From the human T2T-CHM13v2.0 reference genome, Homo sapiens: a stretch of 64,000 nucleotides of DNA. The position numbers and the translations under genes are program-made. Positions 45,153 to 59,899 of this stretch are shown one piece after another; position 1 is the stretch's first letter; each line of letters starts with the position of its first letter. The stretch lies in the NCBI RefSeq assembly GCF_009914755.1, contig NC_060932.1. The stretch is one strand, 5' to 3'. Under the pieces are notes generated by a model, which had not been told where the DNA came from, searched no databases, and was given only the letters and a program-made list of their open reading frames with translations.

Positions 45153-46739
45153 AAACTTGTCCCCATTTTAAAGAACAGCAATAAACAACCTGCTCGCAGT
45201 CATACTGGCAGTCATTGATCCTAGGCATCGTACCACACATGAATGGATGTTTAGTAAACTTGATTGGATGGATGGATGGGTAGACGGGTGGCAAGTCTGA
45301 AACTCACACTCGGTGCTTTTGATTCTAAGCCTAGGATCCTTTTCGCTTTAACACAGTTGTTGGGAAAGAAAATTTCAATGGCTGCATATCTCAAACGAAC
45401 CCATCTAAGTAACTTCTTATTAAGAAACTAAAGCTTCTTGTGATAAGATGAAGAGTATTTACTTTTAATTGACACAAAATGTATATTTCCAAATTCGCAA
45501 TAACTTAGGCCCATGGCCCTATGCCTAATATCTCTTTGCAAAAATATGCAATTAACCAAGCATAATAGAAATAGTTCATAATTTAAAAAAAAAAAACAAA
45601 AACACTTCTCTTAAGCATCATTTGCTAAGGTATGTCCCCTTAAGTAGTTCAATTTTCAGGATGACAAACAATATTCAACTGGGTAAAGAAGAATTAAGCA
45701 ATTTTCTACTTAGAGGCTTCAAATCTTCAAAAGCTAAATTATCTTACGTTAAAAAATAGTCTACTTGAAAAGTCCATGGCACCTTATGCCCAAAATAGCA
45801 CATGAAGGAATCAGACATTGTGCATCTACAATAAGAAAAATGACAAACTGATCTGTTTCTGTTGGTGGTGCCTATGGAAGACACGTATGAAGACTGTGAT
45901 CAAACACTTAAGAGCAGGGTCCTCTCTGCACTTAGAAGAAAATGGAGGTGCCCAACTGGCCCCTCTTCAAGCACTGCATGTGGGCAGCAAAGGTCCACCT
46001 GATGTCCCACAAGCAGCTCAGGCTGAATAGGCATGAAATGAACTTCAGAAGATTCTACTCCTCATAACAAGCTAGACAACTCAGACCAGCTCAGCCACTG
46101 AGAACAGCTAGAAAACATGGACAAAGTAGTCTTAAAATCCATGCAAGCATCAGAGAGCTAACAAGAACTACAGGGCTACTGTCTAGCAGAGGGGGAAAGA
46201 CAGAGACATGAGCCTGACAAACATCCCCTAGAGGTGCCTGCAGATTTCAGAAGAGTTCACCAAGAGAATCTGAGCAGAATCTGAGCAGAACCTTTGACAT
46301 ACTCAAAGGACTCGATGTGAAAAACAGTGGTGTTCAGTGTTCCCCATGGAGAGTGGATAGCAAATCTGGGAAGCTTCAGGTAGGGCCACAAAGCAAAGGG
46401 TAGACCGTAAATAAAGCAGCCCTCACTGGGCCTAAGGCCCAGCTTTGAACCATGTCAGTCCCTGCAACTGGTAGGCCATTTTTCTACCAGAATTTATTCC
46501 TTGTCACTCCTTGTTCTACCCCCATTTTTTTTTACCTTTATGTATTGGTAATTCTCTTCCCTCTGACAATCTGATATCCTAATATGCCCCAATTTTTGGT
46601 CTCAGTTCAAATGCTACCTCTTCCATAATGCCTCCCCTAGCTGTCCTAATGGAAAGCAAGTACGTCTTCCTCAGAGTTCCAGCATCTTCTCTGTCCTGAG
46701 ACCCGTGCCTACCTCCTGCTGATCTGTATACAGGCAGAG

Positions 46740-46975
46740 AGCCCGGTAGGAGATCAGAGGGGTCGGGGCTGAGGTGCGGCTCCCCTTCTACCTGGCTGAA
46801 TGAACTTCATCAAGTCAAATAACCTTCTACAAGCTTTAAATCCATCATCCCCTAAATGGGAATAATTAGAACACATATACTGTGAGGTTATACAGAAGAA
46901 TAAACGAATTATTGCATAGGAAGGATTTATCACAACGCCTGGTACGGGGCAAGCATTCAGTAAAAAGAGCTGTTC
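46740..46975 (+). mobile_element. MIR
   Basis: caagtcaaataaccttc..taaatgggaataat..cacaacgcctggtac. Confidence 0.6.
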
Positions 46976-48151
46976 TTATTCCTACTGCAGCAAATTATGC
47001 ATGTCTTACATTCCTTCATGACTACAAACTCCTTGAAGACTGAATTCTTGTCAGATTCACCATTATGCCCCTCATAGTAGCTGATGCAGGCTCTAACAAA
47101 TTGTAAGCCCTCAGTAAATAGTAACTAAATGAATGAATAAATTACAGGGTCAAATCCAGTATTTAGTTGACACGCACACAGTTTACACACACACGCTCAA
47201 TAAAAATTCCATCATCCCAAAGTCACATTCAACAACCAACTCCTGGTTAACTGAAATTTCATCAGGTAGATATGTGCGAAGACTTATTTGTAAAGACTCA
47301 ATCAAAAGCTGTTAAGTTTGAATGAGTTTATTTTCTCTCTTTTTTCTCATTTCTCTCAGCACCATGGACACAATTTATAAAATCTCTCCACGACACCATA
47401 ATGCCTGCTGTGAAGGGTACTAGTATTATGAACAGAGCCATGTGCAAAACGTAAACTCCGCATTTCTCTAGCATGTTACCCCAGGAACCAGGTCAAGCGG
47501 ACCTCTAAGCAAGCATGGTATGAAAGACCACTCAATGTGACTTCACCCAGTAAGCCGTCCTCTGTTGAGTGAAGGCCAGGTGCCCAAAGGGGTATTTTTG
47601 CCATCTCATCTCTGTGTGTGTCTGTGTGTCTCTCTGTATCTCCACCCCTCTCTCTGACATATACACAGGACCCGTAATACAGCCTGGCCAGCTCCTCCCG
47701 AGGGAAGGCTCCCATCCTTCGCAAATTACACCAACGCTTTTATCTCCTGAAGGACCCAGATTCTTTTTGTTTGTTTGTTTTTGCCTTGGAAATACCAATC
47801 CTATTTTACACTTATAACAATGGTAAATTCTTCATTTCTGGAAATGGTCAGAAGTTTTGGCCTGTAGAGGAAAGCAGAGTGAACATCTGGCTTTTGTCTG
47901 CCCAGCATTTCTCGTTTCTTTGGGGAGCAGCTCCTTCTTCATCCCATGTGGTTCTGGTGGGATCAAGGTTGGCCTTGATCCTGCCATGGCCAGAGATGAA
48001 AACATCCCATCAACAGTGTGTATCCAGAGAACAAACAGAAGGTACGAGAAGGGACATGAAAAGCCCTCCTTTGAGATTTGATTTACAAATTCTAGGAAGA
48101 AAAGACTCCGGTTTGTCTTCCTCTGAATCACGTTATAAAGATCCAGCTATG

Positions 48152-48654
<503 letters not shown>

Positions 48655-49624
48655 TTAGAACTAGGAGGCTGTGGGATATGGGCACTTTGCAAAAAAAAAA
48701 AGAAAAAAGTCTTAAAATTCCATCTGAAATTTGCCTCCTTTTTGGACACAGACCTCAAAATCTCCAAGAAACCCCCAAAACCTGTCATCTTCAAGCTCAG
48801 AAAAATACTAAGAAAGCCACTCCATGGATTCTTTATAGACTACAGAAGTCTGTTCTCAAATCCAACTAAAGATACAAAACACAAGAAGCATATAAATTAC
48901 AAATGGGGACAGGTAGGAGGCAGAAGCCAGCCTTCGGAAAACTGAAGCTGAGCCCTTCGCCCATACAGGAACAGAGCTGGAGAGAAGGGGGCAGCTGCAG
49001 AGGGATGGCGAGAGATGAGATGGAATAAGATGTCGTGAGCAGGGAAGCAAATCACTGGGCGCGCCTGGGAAGGATCTCTCTCCAGCTGGGGTGGGGTGGA
49101 GGGGAGAAAATTATGTTCAATCATTTAGCCAATTTTTCTGCCAACACAGGCTATCACAAATAGAACAGAGAACAGATTGGGATGACAATTAATAGGAAGA
49201 CAGGACAAAAAAAGTTACAAACAGATGAAGGCGGCCTAGTAGGAGGACTAAAGAGTTTAGTGGATTTATCAGGACAGAGGGTATTTAAGAATGGTATGAG
49301 TCTGGTAGATCATCATGAATAAAACTGAGCTTTCAGAGAGAATTTCATACTTCCCATTTATAGTGCTCAACTTTTCTATTAAGAGCAACTCTGTGGGAAA
49401 TTCAGAAAGACAATTTTGTATGCTAAAATAATACTTCTCTCTAGAATTCAGCCATATCCCAACCATGATGACAATTGGGGAAAATGACAGCTGAAAGCAG
49501 AATTTGTGCAGGGGAAAGAAAAAGCAGAGTCACAATAAAAACAGCTCTTCTAGAAAGGGGTGAGGGCCAAGGGCCACGTCCGTGGCCTGGCACCAGGCGC
49601 TCAGTGCACACCATCCAACTCTTC

Positions 49625-49760
49625 ACACCCTGCAAAGTCAGGCATTCTCTTACCAATTCTACAGATGAAGAAGCTGAGGCTCTGAGAAGGTAAGTACCTT
49701 GCTCAATATCACACAGCTCATCAGAAGCACAGCCAGAACTAGGCCTCATGACAACTGGAT
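49625..49760 (-). mobile_element. MIR
   Basis: acagatgaagaagctgaggctctgagaaggtaagtaccttgctcaa. Confidence 0.75.
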
Positions 49761-51082
49761 TGGTCACTACCCAGCAAAACTGACCCAAGGAATACATTTC
49801 AGTCCCCACACTGAGCTTCCAGAAAAGCTCACCAGCCAAGGTTGTTCTGTAGCACATCACTGGGTCAAAACTGTACACCATGCGTTCCACTAAACCGATC
49901 ACAAGGACCCTTGCAGGGGCTTAGCATCTATCTCCAGTGGTGGGATCTATGCAGGGATGTGTCCATTTTGGTACACTTTCAAAAGAGACACTAATGCATA
50001 AGGTTGAATACATTTTACTCTCTTGTGAGAGGCACCAAAAATAAACTAGAATAAAATACATTAACAAAGGCAACAGGAGGCAACAATCGCTCAGTGGGAG
50101 TTTGTCAGGGTATGCTGTTCCAGGTAGAATATATTTTAAAGATGCTTTCTCATTTAGTCATAAAATCTACAGGTGCCAAAAAAGCCCATCTGGTTATCAT
50201 AAAATATCCTCAAGAAAACCAAAGCAGTAGAAGCAGTTGGCTAAGAAATTAGCCAATACTCATCCTTAATTTCCATAAAGAAAGCGGCATGCTCGTTCAT
50301 TCAGAAACTTTGGAATATGCTTAGGAAAGAAAAAATAATCATACAGGAATAGTGGCCTTCACATACTATTCAAATGGCAACAGTCCACATTCCCCATGGG
50401 CAGCCTCACTTTGAGATTGGTCTTCCTTCTGTTGGATGCTCCCTGCAGTGGGACCAGACGTAAAGTCCTCTGCCCTCACTGACATCAGAAGCCTCCATGT
50501 ACAGGAGGCTGTAACTACCAGCTGAACACGTGAAATGTTCTGGGTGGTTCCCAGCTTGTTCTAAACTTAGACTGTGGGGACGATTGCACAACCCTGTGGA
50601 TACACTAAAAGTGACTGAATTGTGCCTCACGTGAATTCTATCACAACAAATATTTTTTAAAAACTAAAAGGGTAGTACAACTGTGTTACAGTACAACACA
50701 CTTTGAGGGTAGGGGGGAAGATAAAGAGAAAAGAGAGATTATATCCAAATGAATAATGATTAGACCAGAAGCTAACCTCCCAGCAGCAAGGGAAGTCATA
50801 AGAATTCATCTTCAAAATATGAAAGAAAATTCATCTGCTACACTAGACTTAGGTATATGCAGAACTTTTTTTTAAGAATGACGGTGACAAACACATTTTT
50901 TGGCTAAAAACTAAGAGAACCTACCACCAACACGTTCTCACTAGGGACTTCTAAATATTATATTTCAGGTACATAGAAAATAATTTCAGAAGGAAGGTCA
51001 AAGATGTAGAAAAGAATGGGAAACACAGAAAGCAGTAGGCAAGCAGATACATCGAACATTGTGCTTTAGTCAATTCCGTATG

Positions 51083-51404
<322 letters not shown>

Positions 51405-51406
51405 CT

Positions 51407-51691
51407 CTTTTTTCTTTTTTGAGACAGAGTCTTACTCTGTCGCTGAGGCTGGAGTGTAGCGGCGCAATCTCGGCTCACTGCAACCACTGCTTCCCAGGTT
51501 CATGCCTTGGCCTCCCAAGTGGCTGCGATTACAGGCGCACGCCACCACACCCAGCTAATTTTTGCATTTTTAGTAGAAATGGGGTTTCACCATGTTGGCC
51601 ACACTGGTCTCAAACTCCTGGCCTCAAGTGATCCACCAGCCTTGGCCTCCCAAAGTGCTGGGGTTACAGGTGTGAGCCACCACACCTGGCC
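51407..51691 (-). mobile_element. Alu
   Basis: Second Alu in tandem. Confidence 0.95.
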
Positions 51692-52099
51692 TCCATATGT
51701 TTTCAATGTACCAAATATTCCCTTGGCCTCTAAAACGTACAAAGCAACATCACATAGGCAGAAAAGGTCCTTTAAAGTTGCAGCCCTAAAATCTGAGAGT
51801 GAGATTTCCTTCTAGGGTCCCAGATAACTCCACATGGCAGTGCACACAGACAGACACTTCCTCCCAGTCATTTCACAGGGAGTCCAGACTGTCACCTGCC
51901 AGGGGAAATGTAAACATTCACACAGCAGCAAGGCCATCTCACAACAGGCACAAGCACATAACATGCTCCAAGAGCCAACGTCCAACCAAGACTGCATGTG
52001 GCACCTGCTGGTAAGAATGATCTCCTTTGCTGGACAAAGACACTGGCCACACAGAAAACCAACTACAAAGCACTTTTAAAGCACTGGACAGTCCTGTTA

Positions 52100-52655
<556 letters not shown>

Positions 52656-53308
52656 TCAGCCACAGGTAAGGAAGGCATTTGTGAGCACTGGGGATCGGTC
52701 CTGGAGGGTAGGCCCTCTTCTGCGGAAATCATCAAGAGAAGTGGAAACTGTGGCTGGGGCTTTTAGGACCCCTTTTAGGGGGTCCCTCTGACTGACACAG
52801 GAAGTCAGACTTGGATCTGGGCGCTTACAACAGTGACCTGCACTGACATCTTTACTAGACCATAGAGTGCTAGGGGCAGGAAGCCTGCATTTAAAGTCTG
52901 TATCCAAATAGTTTGCCACAGTGCCTAGCACATAGTAGCTATGGAGAAAGATATTTGCTGGGTGAATGAATGAGCTAATGTCATTTCCTAGTTCCTCTGT
53001 GATAAGAAATGCCTCACAGCCTCAGGTGCTGCCCGGCACATGGGAAGCCCAGGACACGCCTCCGAGGCCAGCATTTCCAGGGACAGTGATGCACGGACAC
53101 TCCCTGAAGTTGTGTCATGTGGCAGCCAAGAACTGTATGCCTGCACTGAAAAGCACCTAATAAGGACATGAATGAATGACTTTGTGAATTAATGACTTCA
53201 TGAATGAATAAGTAAATGACCATCTTCCAGCAAAAAGAGAGAAAAGCAGTTTGTTGCTAGGCTTTCAAATCCAAAGATTATTTTTTAAAACTGCTAGTAA
53301 ATCACTGC

Positions 53309-53907
53309 CTTTTCTTTTTTTTTTTTTTTTTTTTTTTTTTTTGAGATGGAGTCTTGCTCTGTCGCCCAGGCTGGATTACAGTGGTGCAATCTCGGCTCAC
53401 TGCAATCTCCGCCTCCTGGGTTCAAGCAATTCTCCTGCCTCAGCCTCCCAAGTAGCTGAGATTACAGGTGTGGCACCACCACACACAGCTAATTTTTTTT
53501 TTTTTTTTTTTGTATTTTTAGTAGAGGCCCCTCTCTCTCCTCCACCACACACACAAATGTTAAGTCCCTGGAACTGACTTTGCTCTTTTCTGCCACAGGG
53601 TTTTTACACGCACATAAAACAACACTTTCCTACCCTACCCTTTTCACCTATTTAAGTCCTGCCCCTTCTGTAAATCTTACCTCAGTAATTATTCCCACAG
53701 AAAAGTCTTCCCAGCCCTTTAAATTAAGTCAAACCCTGATTATATACTCACAACATCACATATTCTGTACCTAGCATTTAGCAGTTAGTAGAGACAGGGT
53801 TTTGACACATTGACCAGGCTGGTCTCGAACTCCTGACCTCAGGTGATCCACCTGTCTTGGCCTCCTAAAGTGCTGGGATTACAGGCGTGAGCCACTGTGC
53901 CCAGCCT
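53309..53907 (-). mobile_element. Alu split by a 258-bp non-Alu insertion
   Basis: Right arm and linker end at ttagtagag (53518-53526); the left arm resumes at ttagtagag (53785-53793). Confidence 0.92.
53527..53784 (+). repeat. Direct duplicate of 55508-55778
   Basis: Near-identical text, e.g. tttcctaccctacccttttcacctatttaagtcctgccccttctgtaaatcttacctcagtaattattccca in both copies. Confidence 0.95.
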
Positions 53908-54070
53908 GTTTTTTTTAAAAAAACATCTTAAAATAGAGATGGGTCTTGCTATGTTGCCCAGGCTGGTCTCAAACTCCTAGGCTCAAGCTCAAACTCCTAG
54001 GCTCAAACGATCCTCCCACCTTGGCCTCCCAAAGTGCTGGGATTACTGGTGTGAGCCACTGCGCCTGACC
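53908..54070 (-). mobile_element. FLAM / Alu left monomer with a 20-bp internal tandem duplication
   Basis: ctcaaactcctaggctcaa(g/a) occurs twice at 53968-54007. Confidence 0.85.
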
Positions 54071-54941
54071 ATAAATCACTTCTCTGTAGTATAAGAATGT
54101 CAGAATGGATTGCTTTAAAGAGTAATGAGTTCCTTGTCACTAGAACTGGCCAAGCAGAAGGCAGGTAACTTCTTGGCCAAGATCTTGGGGAGCAAGTGGA
54201 GGGAGGAGGAACTGGGGGAACCTGGCTTCCTCACAAGGTAGTATGAACTGCTTTTGTCCTTTTCTCTCTCTATTACCCTAGCCCGGAGCAGAGTCACTGG
54301 ATGAAGTCCCAAAGGATTAAGAGACATGCAGGTCTGGGTTCAAGTCCTAAAGGTGTTCTCTTCACTTGCCCAGAAGCAATTTGCTGAAAGGAGCACTAGA
54401 CATGGAGTCGAAGCCCCGGCCCCTCTGACCTGAGGAAAGACATTCAACGTCACTGCGCATCAACAGTGACGATCTCAACAGCACGGAGGTTCCAATCCTC
54501 TTATGCCTCCACCCCAGGTTTTGTGTCTTTTGTATCTTGTTTATACGTGTTACTCCATTTCTACTTGAAGAGAAACACAAATAAATGAACATCAATTCTC
54601 CAAAGAAAGCCACAGAAATAGCTCAATTAACATACGTTATTTTAGGATAAAAATCAGGGAAACAAAACCAGAACACTGTCAGTTTGAGATTAAAGTAGAA
54701 GGCCTATTTCATAGGATAATAAAGGAAGAATGGTGGTTTCCCAAGCCAAAGCGTGACATGTGCTTGTTCTCCTTTTAGAAACTAGAAATTCAAAGTATAA
54801 TCTGAGTGTTTCGTGTGTTCTTCACAGTTGTACCAAAGCACTGCGCATCCCTAAAAGACAGGCAAAGCCATTATCTCTTCATTAAACAGTCAGCCGAATC
54901 AAAGAAATCACAGAGCTGACAGTTTCAAGGTAGAGCATTGA

Positions 54942-55335
<394 letters not shown>

Positions 55336-55359
55336 TCAAGGACTAACTTTATAAAGGCT

Positions 55360-55454
55360 TCTTTCTCCCCTCCCTCCCTTCCTCTCTCTCTCACACACAC
55401 ACTTCCTCTCTCTCTCTCTCTCGCTCTCTCCCTCCCTCCCTCCCTCTCTCCCCA

Positions 55455-55500
<46 letters not shown>
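55360..55500. repeat. (CT)n/(CCCT)n/(CA)n compound microsatellite
   Basis: Read directly; about 22 CA units at 55455-55499. Confidence 0.92.
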
Positions 55501-55501
<1 letters not shown>

Positions 55502-55827
55502 AACACACCCTCTCTCTCCCCTACCACACACACAAATGTTCAGTCCCTGGAACTGGCTTTGCTCTTTTCTGCCACAGAGTTTTTACACACACATTAAAAG
55601 AAAAAAAAAAAAAAAAACCTTTTCCTACCCTACCCTTTTCACCTATTTAAGTCCTGCCCCTTCTGTAAATCTTACCTCAGTAATTATTCCCAGAGAAAGC
55701 CTTCCCAGCCCTTTAAATTAAGTCGAACCCTGATTATATACTCACAGCATCACATATTCTGTACCTAGCATTTAGCAGTTATAATTTTTCATTTATTTGT
55801 GAAATTGCTTATCCCTCTCACTAGACT

Positions 55828-56297
55828 TATGCTAATACAGTAGCCACTAGAGAAATGTGGGTACTTAAATTTAAAGTAATTAAAATTAAATACAATTAAT
55901 AATGAGTCATTGAGATCAGGGGTCCCCAACCCCCAGTCCGTGGCCTGTAGGAACTGGGCCATGCAGCAGGAGGTGAGTGGAGGGCCAGATCAGCAGAGGC
56001 ATTAGATTCTCATAGGATCACAAACCCCACTGTGAAATACACACGCGAGGCATCTAGGTTGCACGCTCTTCATGAGAATCTAACGCCTGATGATCTGAGG
56101 TCGAACAACTTCATCCAGAAACCACTGTCTTCCATGAAACCCAACCCTGGTGCCAAAAAGCCTGGGGACTGCTGCTTTAGATATACCATCCATGTCTCAA
56201 GTGACCAAGGCCACATGTGGCTGGTGGCTGCCATGGTGGACAGTACTGCACAGGCCATTCCCTCCAGTACAGAAAGTTCTGTGGATGGTGCCACCCT
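55828..56297. mobile_element. MER33/MER3-type hAT element within an L2, interrupted by MER1
   Basis: tagccactag..atgtgggtacttaaatttaaagtaattaaaattaaata on the left; gccacatgtggctggtggct..cagaaagttct on the right. Confidence 0.7.
55918..56175 (+). mobile_element. MER1B-like hAT-Charlie element
   Basis: Ends caggggtccccaacc and gcctggggactgctg; 8-bp flanks attgagat and ctttagat. Confidence 0.88.
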
Positions 56298-56744
56298 GGA
56301 CGCTGAGCTCCTAGAGGGCAGAGACTGTGTCTTATTTTAATCTAGACACTCCCAAGAGTAGCAGAGTGCATGGAATAAAACAGATATGCAATAAGTATTT
56401 GTGAGGAAGACAGAGAAAAAAAAGAACTATGACTGCTTTCTTTGCTAAACCGTGCCCCACTTTATAAAAACCCAGAAAGAAGGAAATTGTGTAAGTCCTG
56501 TTACCTGATTAGAAGAGAACATTAAGAATTAGTTACTTCCATAATTTAAGACCGTATGACATAATTCCAAATCTTCTATAATTCCTGCTCTCTATTCAAC
56601 AAATACTTGTGAGTACTTAATATGTGCCACACAATACTACACACACAAGTTAATTCAAGATGGTTCATAGGCCTAAATGCAAAAACTAAAACAATACATT
56701 CTCTAGAAGAAAACATAATATTTCCATGACCTTGATGTAAGTAA

Positions 56745-57120
<376 letters not shown>

Positions 57121-57832
57121 GAAAATTTATAATTTTTAGTTAAGAAATCTAATTTAAAAAATTGATAAATTCTCTTCATTAAAAGACAACATCAGGAAAG
57201 TAAAAAGCCTAGCCACAGAATCTAAAATGTGTGCAATACTCATAGCTGACAATGGACTAATATCCAAAATATGTTGAGTACTACTATAAATCAGTTGGAA
57301 GGTAAATAACCCAATAAAAAAATGAAGAAAATATTTTAATAGACACTTCACAAAAGTATATATCCAAATAATAAGTATATAACAGATGTGCAACATCACT
57401 GGCTACTTGGGAAAAGCAAGTTAATACCACAGTGAGACAATACCACATGTAGACCAGAACAGCTGTAATTTAAAACACTGACAATACCAATGGGTGGCGA
57501 GGAGCTGGAGCAAGAGAGAGTTCATACATAGTGCTGGGATGTACAGAAATCCCAAGAACCACTTTGAAAATCTGTTTGGCTATGGATCTATTAAAGCCAA
57601 CATAAACCTGAGCTTATGTCTACCAAATACATGCACAAGAATGTCTATAGCAGCATCATTCATAACAGCCCAAAAGTAAAAACCACCCACATGTTCATCA
57701 CAAGTATAATGAATAAACTGTAGTATTTTCACGCAATACCATCCAGCCATAAAAAAGAACAAATGCAACACACAATATGCATGCATCTCAGATATCATGT
57801 GGAGGAAGAAGGAAAAAAACAAGAGACACTGA

Positions 57833-58277
<445 letters not shown>

Positions 58278-58748
58278 TGATGATAGAAGTCATAATTGAC
58301 AATTATCTTTGTGGGCAGCTATTGACTGCCACAGGTCTCAAGAGAACTGGAGGGTGCTGAAAATTATTTATATCATGAGCTGGGTGTTTACATAGATTCA
58401 TATGAACATAAAAATTCATCAAGCTATAAACTTAACATTTGTGTTCATTACTGTATGTAAGTTACACTTCCATAAAAAAAGACTTCAAACACCACTTAAC
58501 AAAAAATATCAGGGAATAAATCTAGTAAAATCTGTGGGACCTTTATAGAGAATATGAGGCAATATTTTTGAAAGACATTTAAAATGAAAAATAAATGAAG
58601 AGACATACAATATTCATAGATAGGAAGACTAACCACCATAAACACGTCACTTCTCCCCCAAATTAATCTATAGATTTGATGCAGTCCCAGTCAATATTCT
58701 AACATACTGCTTTGAGGAACTTGACAAACTGATTCTAAAATTGATGTG

Positions 58749-59059
<311 letters not shown>

Positions 59060-59281
59060 TTGATGTGGAAGATCATCAGACAAAGAACATCCAAAAAGCT
59101 CCTGAACAATCATCTAGTAGGGAGACTTGCCCCATCAGACCTCAAAACTCATCATCGCAGGGAACAGAGAATAAGCAGCAACTAGGTCTGCCTGGAGAAA
59201 CCCAGAATTTGGAACAACTGCCTTGAGATTCAGAGAATGAGTAAGAGTTTTTCAAGAAAACAAGCAGAAGACAGTCTATAC

Positions 59282-59438
59282 CAGTGGTTCCCAAACTTTG
59301 CTGCACATTAGAATCTTTTGGGGTGCTTTGAAAAACTGTAAGTCCAGTTAAATCTCCAAATTTAGGACTAGGAGCCAGGCAGTGTTTTTTAAAGACCCCC
59401 AGGTGATTCCAGAGTGCAGAAAAGCTGGAGAACCACTG
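59282..59438. mobile_element. MER5A1-like element
   Basis: Inverted ends cagtggttcccaaact and agctggagaaccactg; flanks gtctatac and gtctattc. Confidence 0.85.
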
Positions 59439-59899
59439 GTCTATTCTTGCAGTAAATATGAGAGCACGGTGCAACTAATTCAGAATTCCTGGAATATAAA
59501 CCACAGGAGGGAGGAGGGGGACAGCGAGGCAGCAGCAAGAGCAGAGCGGGCAGGCCCCAGGAAAGGTTGTCCTGAGGGTGACGGGATGCCACCAGAAGTC
59601 ACCCAACAGAAGAGGGGCACAGTGAGATTCTGCCTTAGAAACATGACTGCGGTGACAATGTGGAAGATAGTGGAAAAGGGGACAAAATTAGCAGCCGGGA
59701 GCCCAATCCAAAAACTACTAAAATGGCAAAGATGAGAAATGACAAGGGCCTGAATCAGAGCAGTGACGCGGACACGAGGAGAAGGCGTGAAAATACTTAG
59801 AAAACCAAATTGGCAAGACTTGGTGTGATCAACACGATGAGCTAACAGTAAACCAACTGGTAGTGATCCGTAGAAATCATCCCTTTCCTCTTTGGACAA

